Source: Camelus dromedarius
Lineage: Eukaryota
Length of the DNA stretch: 64,000 bases
Assembly (NCBI RefSeq): GCF_036321535.1
Contig: NC_087437.1
Location: forward strand, 62,684,001 to 62,748,000
Direction: 5' to 3'
Shown piece after piece: positions 52,568 through 64,000 of this stretch (the stretch's first letter is position 1; every line of letters starts with the position of its first letter). The position numbers and the translations under genes were made by a program. The notes under the pieces were generated by a model. It made no database searches, was not told where the DNA came from, and saw nothing but the letters and a program-made list of their open reading frames with translations.

Positions 52568-52672
52568 CATCTCGTCCTGCGTGGGGTCGTTGTCAAAGAT
52601 CTTCATAGGCGGAGGGAGGGGGGTGTGTGACTCTTCATCTGGCTCATCTTCACCCCACCCCTTCTTGCTCTT
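52568..52672 (-). CDS. KALRN: KALRN exon, 105 nt: KSKKGWGEDEPDEESHTPLPPPMKIFDNDPTQDEM
   Basis: Acceptor tgttctag|AAG (tandem TAGAAG), donor ATG|gtagga; translated by hand. Confidence 0.96.
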
Positions 52673-53169
52673 CTAGAACAAAAGAGCAGCATTAGTCACT
52701 GTTTCCTACAGTTAAAGATGCCAGTTGGTTCAGGACTTGGGGTGTTTTAAGAAGTAACATTATAAGCTACCCTCCTCTCTTAACACACTCCTATTTTCTC
52801 GGCTTCAGTGTGCTCCTCTGTGGAATGGGCTCACCTGCTCATCTCAAAGGACAGTGAGGACCAGACGGGGGAAACCACACACACACAGGAAACCTTACTG
52901 ATTAGGCAGGAAAAGAGAAAGCTGAAAGAGTGGTCAGAGAGAAACTAACTTTTTTAGTTTTCGAAGGACTATTAAACCACAGTTTAGATATCACCAGGCT
53001 CTCCTGCCTACTTTCAGAGTTACAAAAGGCAGACAGAGTAAATTTACAAAGAGAGTCTGGTTACACATTAGGAAGAATTTCTTGGCCGCGTCGGTGACTA
53101 GAGTAGGTTAGTTTGCCAGATAAAACAGTTATCTCATTCCCCAACCAAAACATAGCCACTATATTTTGA

Positions 53170-53550
53170 TCACAGAACCTCAGCTTTGGAAGGGATGTAA
53201 GAGGCTGTTGTTCAGTGTGGCCTCTCGGCTAACACAGGTCTCTCAGACCATCGTGTGAGGACGGCCTGACACCCTTCCAGGATGGGTGTTCATTTGTTCT
53301 CAGGAAGGCCTGTTTCATCACTTGATGAACCGCCCCACCGTTCACCTGGTAAACTTCCCTCTCTCAGCTGAAACCTTGCCTACTGCAAACCTTCACCTAT
53401 TAATCATAATTCTCCCTTCTGGAGCAACCAGGAATTATCTACCCCCTTTTATATATGGTACTGCTCAAGATACTCAAAAACAGCCCTAATCTCCCAATAC
53501 AGCCATCTGTTTTCCAAGTGAAACGATCTCCATCCTTTTATTCTTATTCT
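53170..53550 (-). mobile_element. L3/CR1 3' fragment
   Basis: cacagaacctcagctttggaaggga...gctgaaaccttgcctactgcaaaccttcacc...tctggagcaacc...cagccctaatctccc...ttttccaagtgaaac. Confidence 0.6.
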
Positions 53551-53881
53551 AAACAGGCCCAGCAGGGTTTGTGTAGTCTCTAACAGAGTCTGGGGACTTG
53601 GCGGCCAGCTGGCACCCCATGGGCCCAAGCCCCTGTCTCCAAATGTGGCAAAATGGTGCCTATCCGCTGGATATCCTGGTGCTGGTTAGTCTCTAAGTGG
53701 GTCACAAAGCAGACTGGCAAGGTCTTGAGAATGCAAAGATCACCCAGGCCCAAGAAGACCAACTCCTGGGAACGAGAGACTGGCTAGTTACAAACCCAGG
53801 GGAGGGTTCCTGCCAGGGCTCCAGGAGGAGGTATGTCGGAGCCCCTCCCTGACGGCAGGCACCAGGGCCTCGGGTGAGTAC

Positions 53882-54165
53882 CTCATCAGCGCTGTCTCCC
53901 TGAGGGGTCGTCTCATCCCCAGGCTTGGGCGATCCCAGGTCAAAGCTCTTCCGACCATCTCGTACTTTCTTCTGCTTCTTGATGTTTCCATCGGCTTTCC
54001 CGCTGTTGAGCCGACGCACGGGACTCGTCAGCCACTTCTTCAGGGTGTTGGTAGAGCGCTTGGGACCAGGGGAACTGTGGATGGAGTTCAGGGAGGGCTG
54101 GGACTGCAGGTTGGCCACAGACTCGGACTTGCCTCCGTTTTCACTTGAGGAATGAGAATATGCAT
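53882..54165 (-). CDS. KALRN: KALRN exon, 284 nt: (D)AYSHSSSENGGKSESVANLQSQPSLNSIHSSPGPKRSTNTLKKWLTSPVRR...PQGDSADE (post-SH3-1 linker)
   Basis: Acceptor ttttccctcag|AT, donor GAG|gtactc; phase 1 to 0; overlaps ORF 53702..54118. Confidence 0.96.
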
Positions 54166-54498
54166 CTGAGGGAAAAGAACAGAAGACATAGCCGTGTCAG
54201 GGGCAGTTAAGGCAGGTTGCCAGCCTGCGAGTAAGGCAGCTCCATCCTCAGGAAGCCAGGACACAGGGCAGGATGGCGGGGCCAACTGCAGATCCCGGTC
54301 AAGGAAACCCTCTCTGGGAGGTAACAACTGACAGTCACTCAGTGGGCAGAAGACAAAGACTTCATCCTTCATGGACTAAATCCCATCATCCCAAGCAAGA
54401 ACCATCAACCAAAAGCAACGTCATGGAGCACCTATGAATATTCTGAAGATGTGTAAGACGCAGGCTTTATTTTCATAGGCCCCTTATCTAGCTACAGA

Positions 54499-54502
54499 AA
54501 CA

Positions 54503-54575
<73 letters not shown>
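54499..54575. repeat. (CA)n(GA)n compound microsatellite
   Basis: Directly visible. Confidence 0.95.
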
Positions 54576-56802
54576 GGGCAGGGAAAGAAAGAGAACAGCA
54601 AAAGAGTAAGACAGAACATGCAAAATAAAGATAAGCCCCCAGAGCGGTATGTGATTAATTGCCAAAGGCCTGGCACAGACCTAGAAGATAAGGAAGCAGA
54701 GTTCAGAGGAGGGTCAGATCAGTGTCGGCAGGGCTGGTCTGAAAAGGTTTAATGGAAGAGATGTGTCCAAGTAGAAGAGAAGGGAGAAGGAATTCCAAAA
54801 GCGGAGACAGTGGGAACGAAAGCACAGAGGCAGGAAAAATGGAAGAACAAGTTAGCACAGCCCTTAAGTAGATCCTTTGAATGAAATAAAGATGAACAGA
54901 GGAGGAGACACTGGATAGAAAGAATAGTGAAAACATTTAATAGTGAACTGGAGGAGTATGAACTTCAGTGTGAGATTCTACTGAAAAAAGCCACAAGAGA
55001 AAGGGCTTTTGTCTGTAGGTTTTTAATTAATCCAGTAACTACATACAGCACAGCCCTGGGCACAAGGGACTGGAATCCTGAAGGCCACACTAGGACTGTG
55101 CACTGGGAGGACAAAGCAATCAATGTGAAGCGTTTCAGAGCAGGAAGAGATATGGTTAGTGTCTGGATGACATATCAAACATGGGTTGTCTCTCTTATGC
55201 TATTTCTTCTCATTGCCAAAAAGGTCTTGGGAGAAGACCTGACCAGCTTCAGCTCAACCCGTGATGGGCCCTGTCGCCCCGGTGCCAGTTTGCATATTGA
55301 TAGTTAAACCGTATGACGAGGTATTTGAACAAATTATCACAGAGGCTTTTTACACCTACTCATCTAAGATTAAATCATCTTTTTCTAAAATGACTTCATC
55401 CTAGACCCCAACTAGAGGTCTAACCCGGCCTTGGAAGCCCTAGGGCTAGACATAGCCAATACACTAGAAACAAAATCTTGAAATAAGATGGATAAATGCT
55501 TTTGCCAACAGAGAGCTGCCTCCAGCTTCTACAACTGGCTGATTTTGGAGGAACCAAGCTCAGGCTCTTGCCCCTGTGGAAACTCTCTTAGATATGGCTA
55601 GAGTCTTGTGCATACTTTGGAAAACAACAGCAGAATATTTGCATGTAGTGTTATAAAAATTGAGCTCCCCAAGTCCCCTGGGATGAAGGATAACTCACAG
55701 GGTTGCTCTGCTAAGGGAATATTTGGGGATCGACTGACTTGGCTGGTATCCCTTTAAGGACAAAGTGGTAATCTTATCTCGGAGAACTCTGTGCTGGCTA
55801 TGTCTTGAGTACGTTGACATTATTTCTGAAGTGTTTGGCATGGGTCAGACTCCTGTTCTCAGAAGACTGAGTGATAAACATCTCCACCGCACTGGTGGTG
55901 GAACCAGGGCTTCTCTTATCTTTCTGCTGATAAGCTGCAGAAGATTTCAGTCACCAGGCCCCTGTGGTATCACAAGGCTCTCTTAAATCCAAGCCTTCAA
56001 AATGTAGCTTTATCAGCATGTGTCATGACAGCAGAGCTAGAGGCCCAGCCACATTAACTGTGCCTTGTGTTACTAAGCAAGAAGGATGACTGCCCAAATT
56101 TTCTGTTCCATAGCCTGGTTTTGAGATTTACCAGTGCAAATTTTGACTGATCATTCTTCTTTTCGGTCATCTGGTCCTGCTTTGGTACATTCGGTACAAA
56201 TTAATGGCAAGCGTACATATCATAAAGTACAATTGAAAATCAAGAGTTACAATCTTAGTTTTGTTGTTTCAGGTTTATTCTGTGTAAACAATTAGGGCCA
56301 TCCACCCACAGCCCACGCGAAAGAGCATTCAAGAGCTGGAAGCAAGCTGTAATGCATCATCTCGTTAGGGTCCTGTACTGAGACAGGGCCATTTCTAAAT
56401 CATTTTGGATGCACGGTTACAAAAGAACGTGCCATCATTTAGTCCAGAAAATGTGTGCTTAGTTCATTGCGACTCTAAAGAGTAACTGGCATGTTAGGTT
56501 CATCCCATTTTTGGAAGACGGCTGCAATGAGCTGTTTGAGAATTTATTCTAGTACCTTTCCAGGCACAACAGTTAATTGACTAATTTGTAACAACAACAA
56601 CAGTAATACTGTTATCTTATTAAATCTTCCCAAGCTGGGATAGGTACTATGTAGTAAGATTATTATCTTAGGAAATAGTCCTCCAGGAAACCAAGGGTCA
56701 TCGTTGGTAAGTGGCAGAGAGGCAAGATTAAAACCCAGATCTGACTCCACTGCACATATATTTAATCTATTCCTACATCTGTTTATTCCATGTATTCTCT
56801 TT

Positions 56803-56803
<1 letters not shown>

Positions 56804-56859
<56 letters not shown>

Positions 56860-58695
56860 TGAAGTATAGTCAGTTTACAATGTTGGGTCAGTTTCTGGTG
56901 TACAGCTTCAGTCATACATGAACATACATATATTTGTTTTCATATTCTTTTTTACCTTAAGTTACAAGATATTAAATATAGTTCCCTATGCTATGCAGTA
57001 TAAACTTGTTGTTTATCTATTTTATATATATTAGTATCTGCAAATCTCAAACTCCCAATTTATCCCTTCCCACCCCTTCCGCTCCTGGTGACCGTAAGTT
57101 TGTTTTCTATGTCTGTGAGTCTGTTTCTGTTTTGTAAATAAGTTTGTCTTTTTTCCTTTTTTTAAGATTCTACATATAGGTGATATCATATGATATTTTT
57201 CTTTCTCTTTCTGGCTTACTTCACTTAGAATGGCAATCTCCAAGTCCATTCATGTTGCTGCAAATGGTATTATTTTATTCTTTTTTATGGCTGAGTAGTA
57301 TTCCATTGTATAAATATACCACAACTTCTTTATCCAGTCATCTGTTGATGGACATTTAGGTTGTTTCTATATCTTGGCTATTGTAAATAGTGCTGCTATG
57401 AACATTGGGGTACATGCATCTTTTTGAATTAAGGTTCCCTCTGGATACATGCTCAGGAGTGGGATTGCTGGATCATATGGTAAGTCTATTTTTAATCTTT
57501 TAAGGAATCTCCATGCTGTTTTCCATAATGTCTGCACCAAACTACATTCCCACCAACAGTGCAGGAGTGTTCCCTTTTCTCCACACCCTCTCCAGCATTT
57601 ATCATTTGTGGACTTTTGAATGATGGCCATTCTGACTGGTGTGAGGTGATACCTCACTGTAGTTTTGATTTGCATTTCTCTGATAGTTAGCGATATTGAG
57701 CATTTTTTCATGTGCCTATTGGCCATTTGTAGTTCTTCACTGGAGAATTGCTTGTTTAGGTCTTCTGCCCATTTTTGGATTTAGTTGTTTGTTTCTTACT
57801 AAGTTGTATGAGTTGTTTATATATTCTGGAAGTCAAGCCCTTGTCAGTCTCATCTTTTGTAAATATTTTCTCCCATTCCAGTTGTCTTTTTGTTTTGTTT
57901 ATGGTTTCCTTTGCTGTGCAAAAGCTTGTAAGTTTAATTAGGTCTCATTTATTAATTTTTGCTTTTATTTCTATTGCCTGGGTAGACTGCCCTAGGAGAA
58001 CATTGCTGAGATTTATGTCAGAGAATGTTTTGCCTATGTTTTCTTCTAAGAGGTTTACAGTGTCTTGTCTTATGTTTAAGTCTTTAAGCCATTTTGAGTT
58101 TATTTTTGTGTATGGTGTGAGGGAGTATTCTAACTTCATTGATTTACATGCAGCTGTCCAGTTTTCCCAACACCATTTGCTGAACAAACTGTCTTTACTC
58201 CATTGCATGTTCTTGCCTCCTTTGTCAAAGATTAATTGACCCAAAGTTCATGGATTTACTTCTAGGCTCTCTATTCTGTTCCACTGATACTATGTCTGTT
58301 TTTGTACCAATACCATGCTGTTTTGATTACTGTAGCTCTGTAGTATTGTCTTAAGTCTGGGAGGGTTATTCCTCCAGCTTCATTCTTTTTCTTCAGTATT
58401 GCTTTGCCAATTCTGGGTCTTTTGTGATTCCATATACACTTTAGGATTATTTGTTCTAGTTCAGTGAAAAATGTCCTGGGTAATTTGATAAGCATCACAT
58501 TAAATCTGTAGATTGCTTTGGGTAGTATGGCCATTTAACAATATTAATTCTTCCAATCCAAGAGCATGGGATATCTTTCCATTTCTTTAAATCACATTTA
58601 ATTTCCTTAGACAGTGTTTTGTAGTTTTCCACATAAAAGTCTCACTTCCTTGGTCAGATTTATTTCTAAGTATTTTATTTTCTGGATGCAATTTT
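56804..58695 (-). mobile_element. Young L1, about 1.9 kb, 5'-truncated (ORF2 3' part plus 3'UTR), tail converted to (TG)n(TA)n; sense to KALRN
   Basis: ORFs 58271..58534, 57945..58244, 57367..57726 and 57031..57249 are successive frameshifted L1 ORF2 pieces. Probable TSD catgtattct (56789-56798) versus catatattct (58696-58705). Confidence 0.93.
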
Positions 58696-59129
58696 CATAT
58701 ATTCTTTTAGCCTCTGTAATTATTATAAAAAGGAACATCAAGTCGCTAGTCTATGTAACATTTCAAATATACATTTATATATAATTTACATGTTATAAAA
58801 TCTCCATGCTGAAAATAATCTCAGTCTCACTAATTTTTACAGATAAGGCGAAGAAAGCTTGTATATGGGAAATCCATGGTCACAAATTAGTCAGTCATGA
58901 AGCTAGGACCAGAATCCAGGCATTGTTACATCTCTCCAGGGTTCTGAACCAAGGCTTACTCTGTAACCCTGAGGCAAAAAAACTGCCCATAAGGCTGATA
59001 TCTGGTTTTAAGTCACTGGGAAGATAAATGTGTCCCTGGATCCTTCAGGGAATAAAGTTCTTTGGATGTTCTGGCATGTTCAACTTGCTTCTTGATCAGA
59101 AAAAAATCATATTCTGAGGCTAACTTTAC

Positions 59130-59607
59130 TACGGGATATTTTTGAGATAGAAATATAGAAAAAGTGTAACATCCAGGTACCCACCACCTAGATAAGATAA
59201 ATGCAACATTTCTGCCACATTTGCTTAGCTTTTTAAAAAAGAAATAAAAGATTATAGCTGTAGTTAAAGCCTTTTAATTTTTTTTCACTCATTCTCAATC
59301 TCATCCCCCATTTTTCCTTCCCAGAGTTAAATTCTCTTCTGAACTTGGTGTGCAGCTTTCCTGTCCATGTTGTTAGACATTTACTTCACATGCAAATATA
59401 GTATTACTTTGTATTTTATATTTATATATATAATTATAATGTAGGTATCATTTTGCACTTGCTCTTTTATTCAAAATGACTTGAGAATTGTTCATGTTCA
59501 CACATGCTGATATAGTTCATTCATTTTAAGTGTTGAATAATATTCTCTCATAGGACATATTGTGATATTTATAATACATTTTCCTAACAAGGGACATTTA
59601 GGTTGTT

Positions 59608-59645
<38 letters not shown>

Positions 59646-60080
59646 GCAGTATACGTAACCCTGTATAGGTCTCTTTGCATATGTGTGAGAATTCCTCTAG
59701 GGCAGTACTTCCCAAACTCCCTGTGGTAAAGGACCCATTTTTCTTATTTCCAATCTGTTTTGGGCCAATGCCTTTATAAAATACAAAGTCACACTGGCGG
59801 ATGTCATGGAACATCAAATTGCTGTAAAAGCCTCTAAATGCTTGCTCTCTTTTTCTGTACTTGCCTCACTGTGGACTAGAAGCACAACTCACAAACCTTC
59901 ACCATCTGCAGATAGCATATTGAGTAGTCCTGCTCTCAACTCTAAAGCATCTGTTTCAAGGTGGAACCACTGGGTTTTAGCATATACACACCACCAACCT
60001 CACTAGGTACTGCCAACTGCTCTCTGATTTACTCCCACCAATTGTGTACAAAAGTTCTCGTCCTCCTGAATTCTCCTAGG
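59130..60080 (-). mobile_element. Old L1M fragment containing (CA)n (59610-59642) and a nested hAT-like MER (about 59703-59932)
   Basis: gggacatttaggttgtt, tatagttcattcattttaa; nested cagtacttcccaaact...catattgagtagtcctg. Confidence 0.55.
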
Positions 60081-60809
60081 TGCTTCATTATGCACATTAG
60101 TATATAATTTTCCTCTGGAAAAAATTAAATGTGCCCTTCCTAACCAAAAACACCTACTTCAAAGGAGGAAATTGGGATGAAGCAGAATGTTTCAAGAAGA
60201 AATAAAAAGGTAAAAACCAGTGCCTCTAGATCAATAGGAAATGCATCCTACAGTTCAGTTCTCAGCCACAAACTGGAAAAATAGGAAACATGACAGGTAA
60301 CCTATGAGGTTGAAGGTCCTACTTCAAAGACTGAGAGGGATAAGCTTACTTGATTGGTCATGGGAATATGAAGATACTAATGAAATCAAGAAAATCTAAA
60401 TAGCCAACAAACGATAAACTCTCATCCACCAGCAGACTACCATACTATTTTTCATCCCTACTTCCTCCAATTCCCAAGCCATCTCTCTGAAATGCCCACT
60501 TTCTTAATATTTGAGAAAAGACTACATGATGCATGGTCATAGAACACGTTCCAAAGCTTTGCCAATGACTAGAGAATTCTTGGTGCCAACATTCATCTCT
60601 TAATGATATTTTTGTTCATGTTGACTAAAAGAGAAACTTTGGTGGTATAATTTTCCTGCCTTGATTATATGATCCAAGAATAATCCACTGGTGCTGACTC
60701 AGTGGATTATGACAGAGGCGGCAGCAGTGGACAGACACTCAGGTCTCCTGTTTCTTCATCTACAAAATGGACAGATTAGACAGAATGCATTCAAAGTCTC
60801 GCTCTACCA

Positions 60810-60990
60810 CTGGCTAGCTCTGTGACTCTCAGCCAGTTACCTGATCTCTGTATATCTTGGTTTTCTCATCATTGAATGAATATTAGTATCTACCCTACAG
60901 GGTTATTAGGATTAAGAAGTTAATATTTGTGAAGTGCTTATAAGTGTCTAGTTCCACTGGAAGTACCATCTAAGTTAAATAAAAATAAAA
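60810..60990 (+). mobile_element. MIR SINE
   Basis: ctagctctgtgactctcagccagttacctgatctctgtatatcttggttttctcatc...ctaccctacagggttattaggattaa. Confidence 0.75.
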
Positions 60991-63900
60991 CCATAGCTAT
61001 CTCCCCTAATTTCACGACTCTGAAATTTATTCTGTATGTTCCTTCACTCTGTCTCTGTGTTCTTCTAAAGGTTAGACTAGATAATTTAAGGCCATTTTTT
61101 AGCTTCAAAGTTCCATGCCTCATGAAAACAAGGAAAAACTTAATGCTACAAGTTGCCGTTCTGTGTCATTTCCATCCCCACTTCCAGTAACCACTCCTAC
61201 ACACAATGCCTGAAATCTCATCCCAGAATAAGGCAGTCACATCCTTGGGCTACCAGGTCATTGGTGTCCACCTCTCCCACCATTTGGAAGTTTAGGCAGC
61301 ACACATTATTTCCCGGAGATGACAGTTGCCTCTTTATCTACAGGGTATCCCTCAGAATGGGAGCTTCTGATGGGCCTGGTGATGAGGCAATTGAACAGCT
61401 GTTGATATTAGGGTCTCAGATACCATCATGGGGTTAGAATAAACATGTCAATACTATTAGCCTAAGCCTTGAGACAAAGGCTCCATGATTTCAGGTGTTT
61501 TAATTACAGCAGCATGTTTCTAAGCAGCACAGGAGATAAGAGTTGTCTGCCTGACATGAAGATGAAAACTGGAATAAAGCTCATGAGCGTTTACACACCG
61601 AACACCTCCTAATAAGCCCACTGTCTATGTCGAACATTCTTTTACCTGGGTAGCCTTTCATTAGCAATCAGAATATAAGATATTTATGTACAACATGGGT
61701 AGCAGATGAATATACTAGAACTTTTGCTTATTTATAATTCAATCCCCTTTTTTAAAAAGGTTCAGCTCCTATTTATTTCACTTTTACGTTACACCTAAAA
61801 AAAAAGGCTTCTACTCTTTTTAGTTTAGTGTAAAATTTGCAAAACAATTCGGAAAGCAGAATACATTGTGTACAAGTCATCAAGGAATGCAAATTTAGCA
61901 TGTGGCAAATGCCTTACAGCTGCATCCACAGGGCTGTCATCTACTATTTTTCTAATCACAAAATACTAGTTCAGCTTTCTTTCCACTGATCTCAAAGTGA
62001 GTTGAAAGTAAAGAAGGACCACATCTCCTAGACAAAATGGGAAGACAATTCTATTAGTTTTGTGGGTTTAATATCCCCAAAGACCAGGAACAGTGTCCTT
62101 ATAAGGGCTAGACTCATAGCCCAGAGAGTACACACAGGTGCGGACGGCACTGGGTGGATTAAGAGTGCCCCAGACGCGTAGCTCACTGGGTTCGCCCATC
62201 ATTTTCCTTACTGGCTTCAGGGGCACAACTCAAGAAGGGAAACTCATTTTAATCCACTTTTCTGGAGTTCAGTGATGCTATTCAATCGCATGCCAAAGGC
62301 ATGTCTTTCACATACTGTATTATGTAATTGCTAAAAGATACGGGGTCTAGTTGTTCTGTATTAATCATACTTCACTACCCATCATCCAGATGGATATAAT
62401 AGGGCTATAAAAGTCTCCCTGGTATTCACTGTAATATTGAATTGGAAGCATTGACTCCAAGAGCTGAAATCAGAAGAAATCATAGGTTCCTAAAACCCAC
62501 TAGATATTTAAGGAAGAGTCTTTTAACCTCCTGTTCTTCTGTCTTGCTTTAGCTCCTATGATACAGGAATAATTGTAAACTCATCCTTATTGCTTCCCAA
62601 GGCTTGAGCTACATAAGGCAAATGCATTTCAATACATCTGTCTGCAGAGTTTATATACTCAAACATTCCTGTTTCCTTTGGCTTTCTATAACTAATTTAC
62701 TTAATCCAAAATCATAGAAGTATCATATATACATTTTCTTCACACTGGAAATTGCTTATATGGAGAAGGGTGTATCATGGCAAGGTCAAGGGTGAAAATC
62801 CTCTGGGTAATAAATCCACAAATTCAACTACAGAGCACCAAACCTCCAGCAAGTATCAGTACGTCTTGTGCGATGTACTAATGGCTCTGGCAGGTCTTTT
62901 AGCGGAATGCTTAGCAAAGCCAGTCTCCTAGTTGCACATTCAGCTGAGGTCCTCAGGCTACACAACACCAGTTCCTGGCTTGGCTGGCATCCCGGAAACC
63001 CCTTTGGTTGGCCTTCTCGATGTCTGGGCCACTTGGTGCTGGAAGAAAGTTGCTGTGGTGACAGCAGCAGGATATGGGGGAGGCAGAGAATCAGCCTGGT
63101 CCAGAAACACTGTTTCTTATCACTAGGAAACTTGCCCTTGCAATTGCTCGTACCATAATGTTAGACTAAACCTGGCAAACATCTTAACTCAGGATGTTCC
63201 TTCCTCCATCTCTTATGGGAGAATGAATTTGAGTTTCAATTCTCAAAGGCAGAACGCAAGCCTCTGCCTCCTGCTCACTAAGCCATAGCTTTTACACACT
63301 TAGTTCAGGAATTTCTTCTCCAGTGAGTCCTCTGCCAACCCACCATTCCTTACCTCACCACTCTACTCAGGCTTCATGTGTTTTTCAATACACTTCTGAA
63401 CATGTAAATCTCTGATTTATAATATCTGTGTCTGGTTTTTCCCATTAAACTAAGAGTACAAAATGAAGGGCCACTCTGAGCCTTAAAGGCACATTGCACT
63501 GGGATATATCTTACTTCATTTCTACTCATTGGTCCCCTTCTCTTCCCTATACTCCTGTTCCTGTTTGGTAGCATGTGCACAGAGGTCTGAACCACAGGGA
63601 TGATTCTAAATCTGGTGGGAGCCACACAGGGCAGGAATCCTTTTCATCTTCAGAGCCTTTTGGGACATGAGCTCTTTCTATCAGGATCTTCTTCAAAAGA
63701 CAAAACAATCTCCATAGGGGTGAAAAGTCAGCACCTCTGGCTTTAATCTAGATGAACCCTTTGGAATTCTGTTCTAACTCAGTCCAGATCTCCATCAACT
63801 ACTGCTGGCTCCTTCAGGGTCCTGTCCTCACCCTCCCTGCTTTGACTTCGGTAAGGATGCCATTGGATGCAGAGGGTTAAAATGATAAAGTTTCCCACTG

Positions 63901-64000
63901 CTTGTCCTCAGGTCTCCTTAGCCTCAGTTTCCCCTGTGTAATCCTCTCTCTGAGTCAGAGACGGAGAGAGGAGACACCTCAAAGGGCACTGAGTCAGTCT

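Larger units (their letters stand above)
326..54165 (-). other. KALRN: KALRN gene, partial (18 coding exons; gene extends beyond both ends of the window)
   Basis: Spliced exons give one uninterrupted frame matching recalled kalirin sequence from DAYSHSSSENGGK to ILNPNFIQE; all introns are GT-AG with consistent phase. Confidence 0.98.

Noticed and set aside
53702..53881. 59-codon read-through after exon 53882
   Set aside because: Featureless peptide, no poly(A) signal noticed; compatible with chance in GC-rich intron.
57031..58534. Several RT-element-like ORFs
   Set aside because: Frameshifted fragments of one truncated L1 ORF2; not an intact gene or new system.
54166..64000. Searched for the Duet/TRAD alternative first exon or the upstream SH3-1 exon
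   Set aside because: No matching peptide found by eye or in the ORF track; region looks purely intronic.
1..64000. CRISPR arrays, operons, tRNA or rRNA genes, prokaryotic defence systems
   Set aside because: None seen; the sequence is spliced mammalian gene DNA with mammalian repeats.

Overview
Mammalian genomic DNA, not prokaryotic. The window lies inside the KALRN (kalirin RhoGEF kinase) gene, transcribed on the minus strand. I traced 18 coding exons from 54165 down to 326. All have GT-AG boundaries and consistent phases, totalling 2229 nt (743 codons, no stop). They encode the linker after SH3-1, the second DH-PH (RhoA GEF2) module, SH3-2 and the start of the linker to the Ig/FN3/kinase region. 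The gene continues beyond both ends of the window. A short alternative last exon (K-TLLKP-stop, matching my recollection of the Kalirin-9 end) with a 3'UTR and poly(A) signal sits at about 18010-18533. Introns hold L1, L2, L3/CR1, MIR, MaLR LTR and hAT relics plus microsatellites. The young L1 tails and the lack of Alu, B1, Bov-tA or PRE-like SINEs suggest a cetartiodactyl, possibly a camelid (inference). The most unusual unexplained structure is a roughly 145-bp, about 88% identical intronic inverted repeat (24398-25069). Its two core mismatches would be A:C pairs in UAG context in the pre-mRNA. I found no evidence of a wholly new multi-gene system. Repeat family names and protein comparisons are from memory, not database searches.
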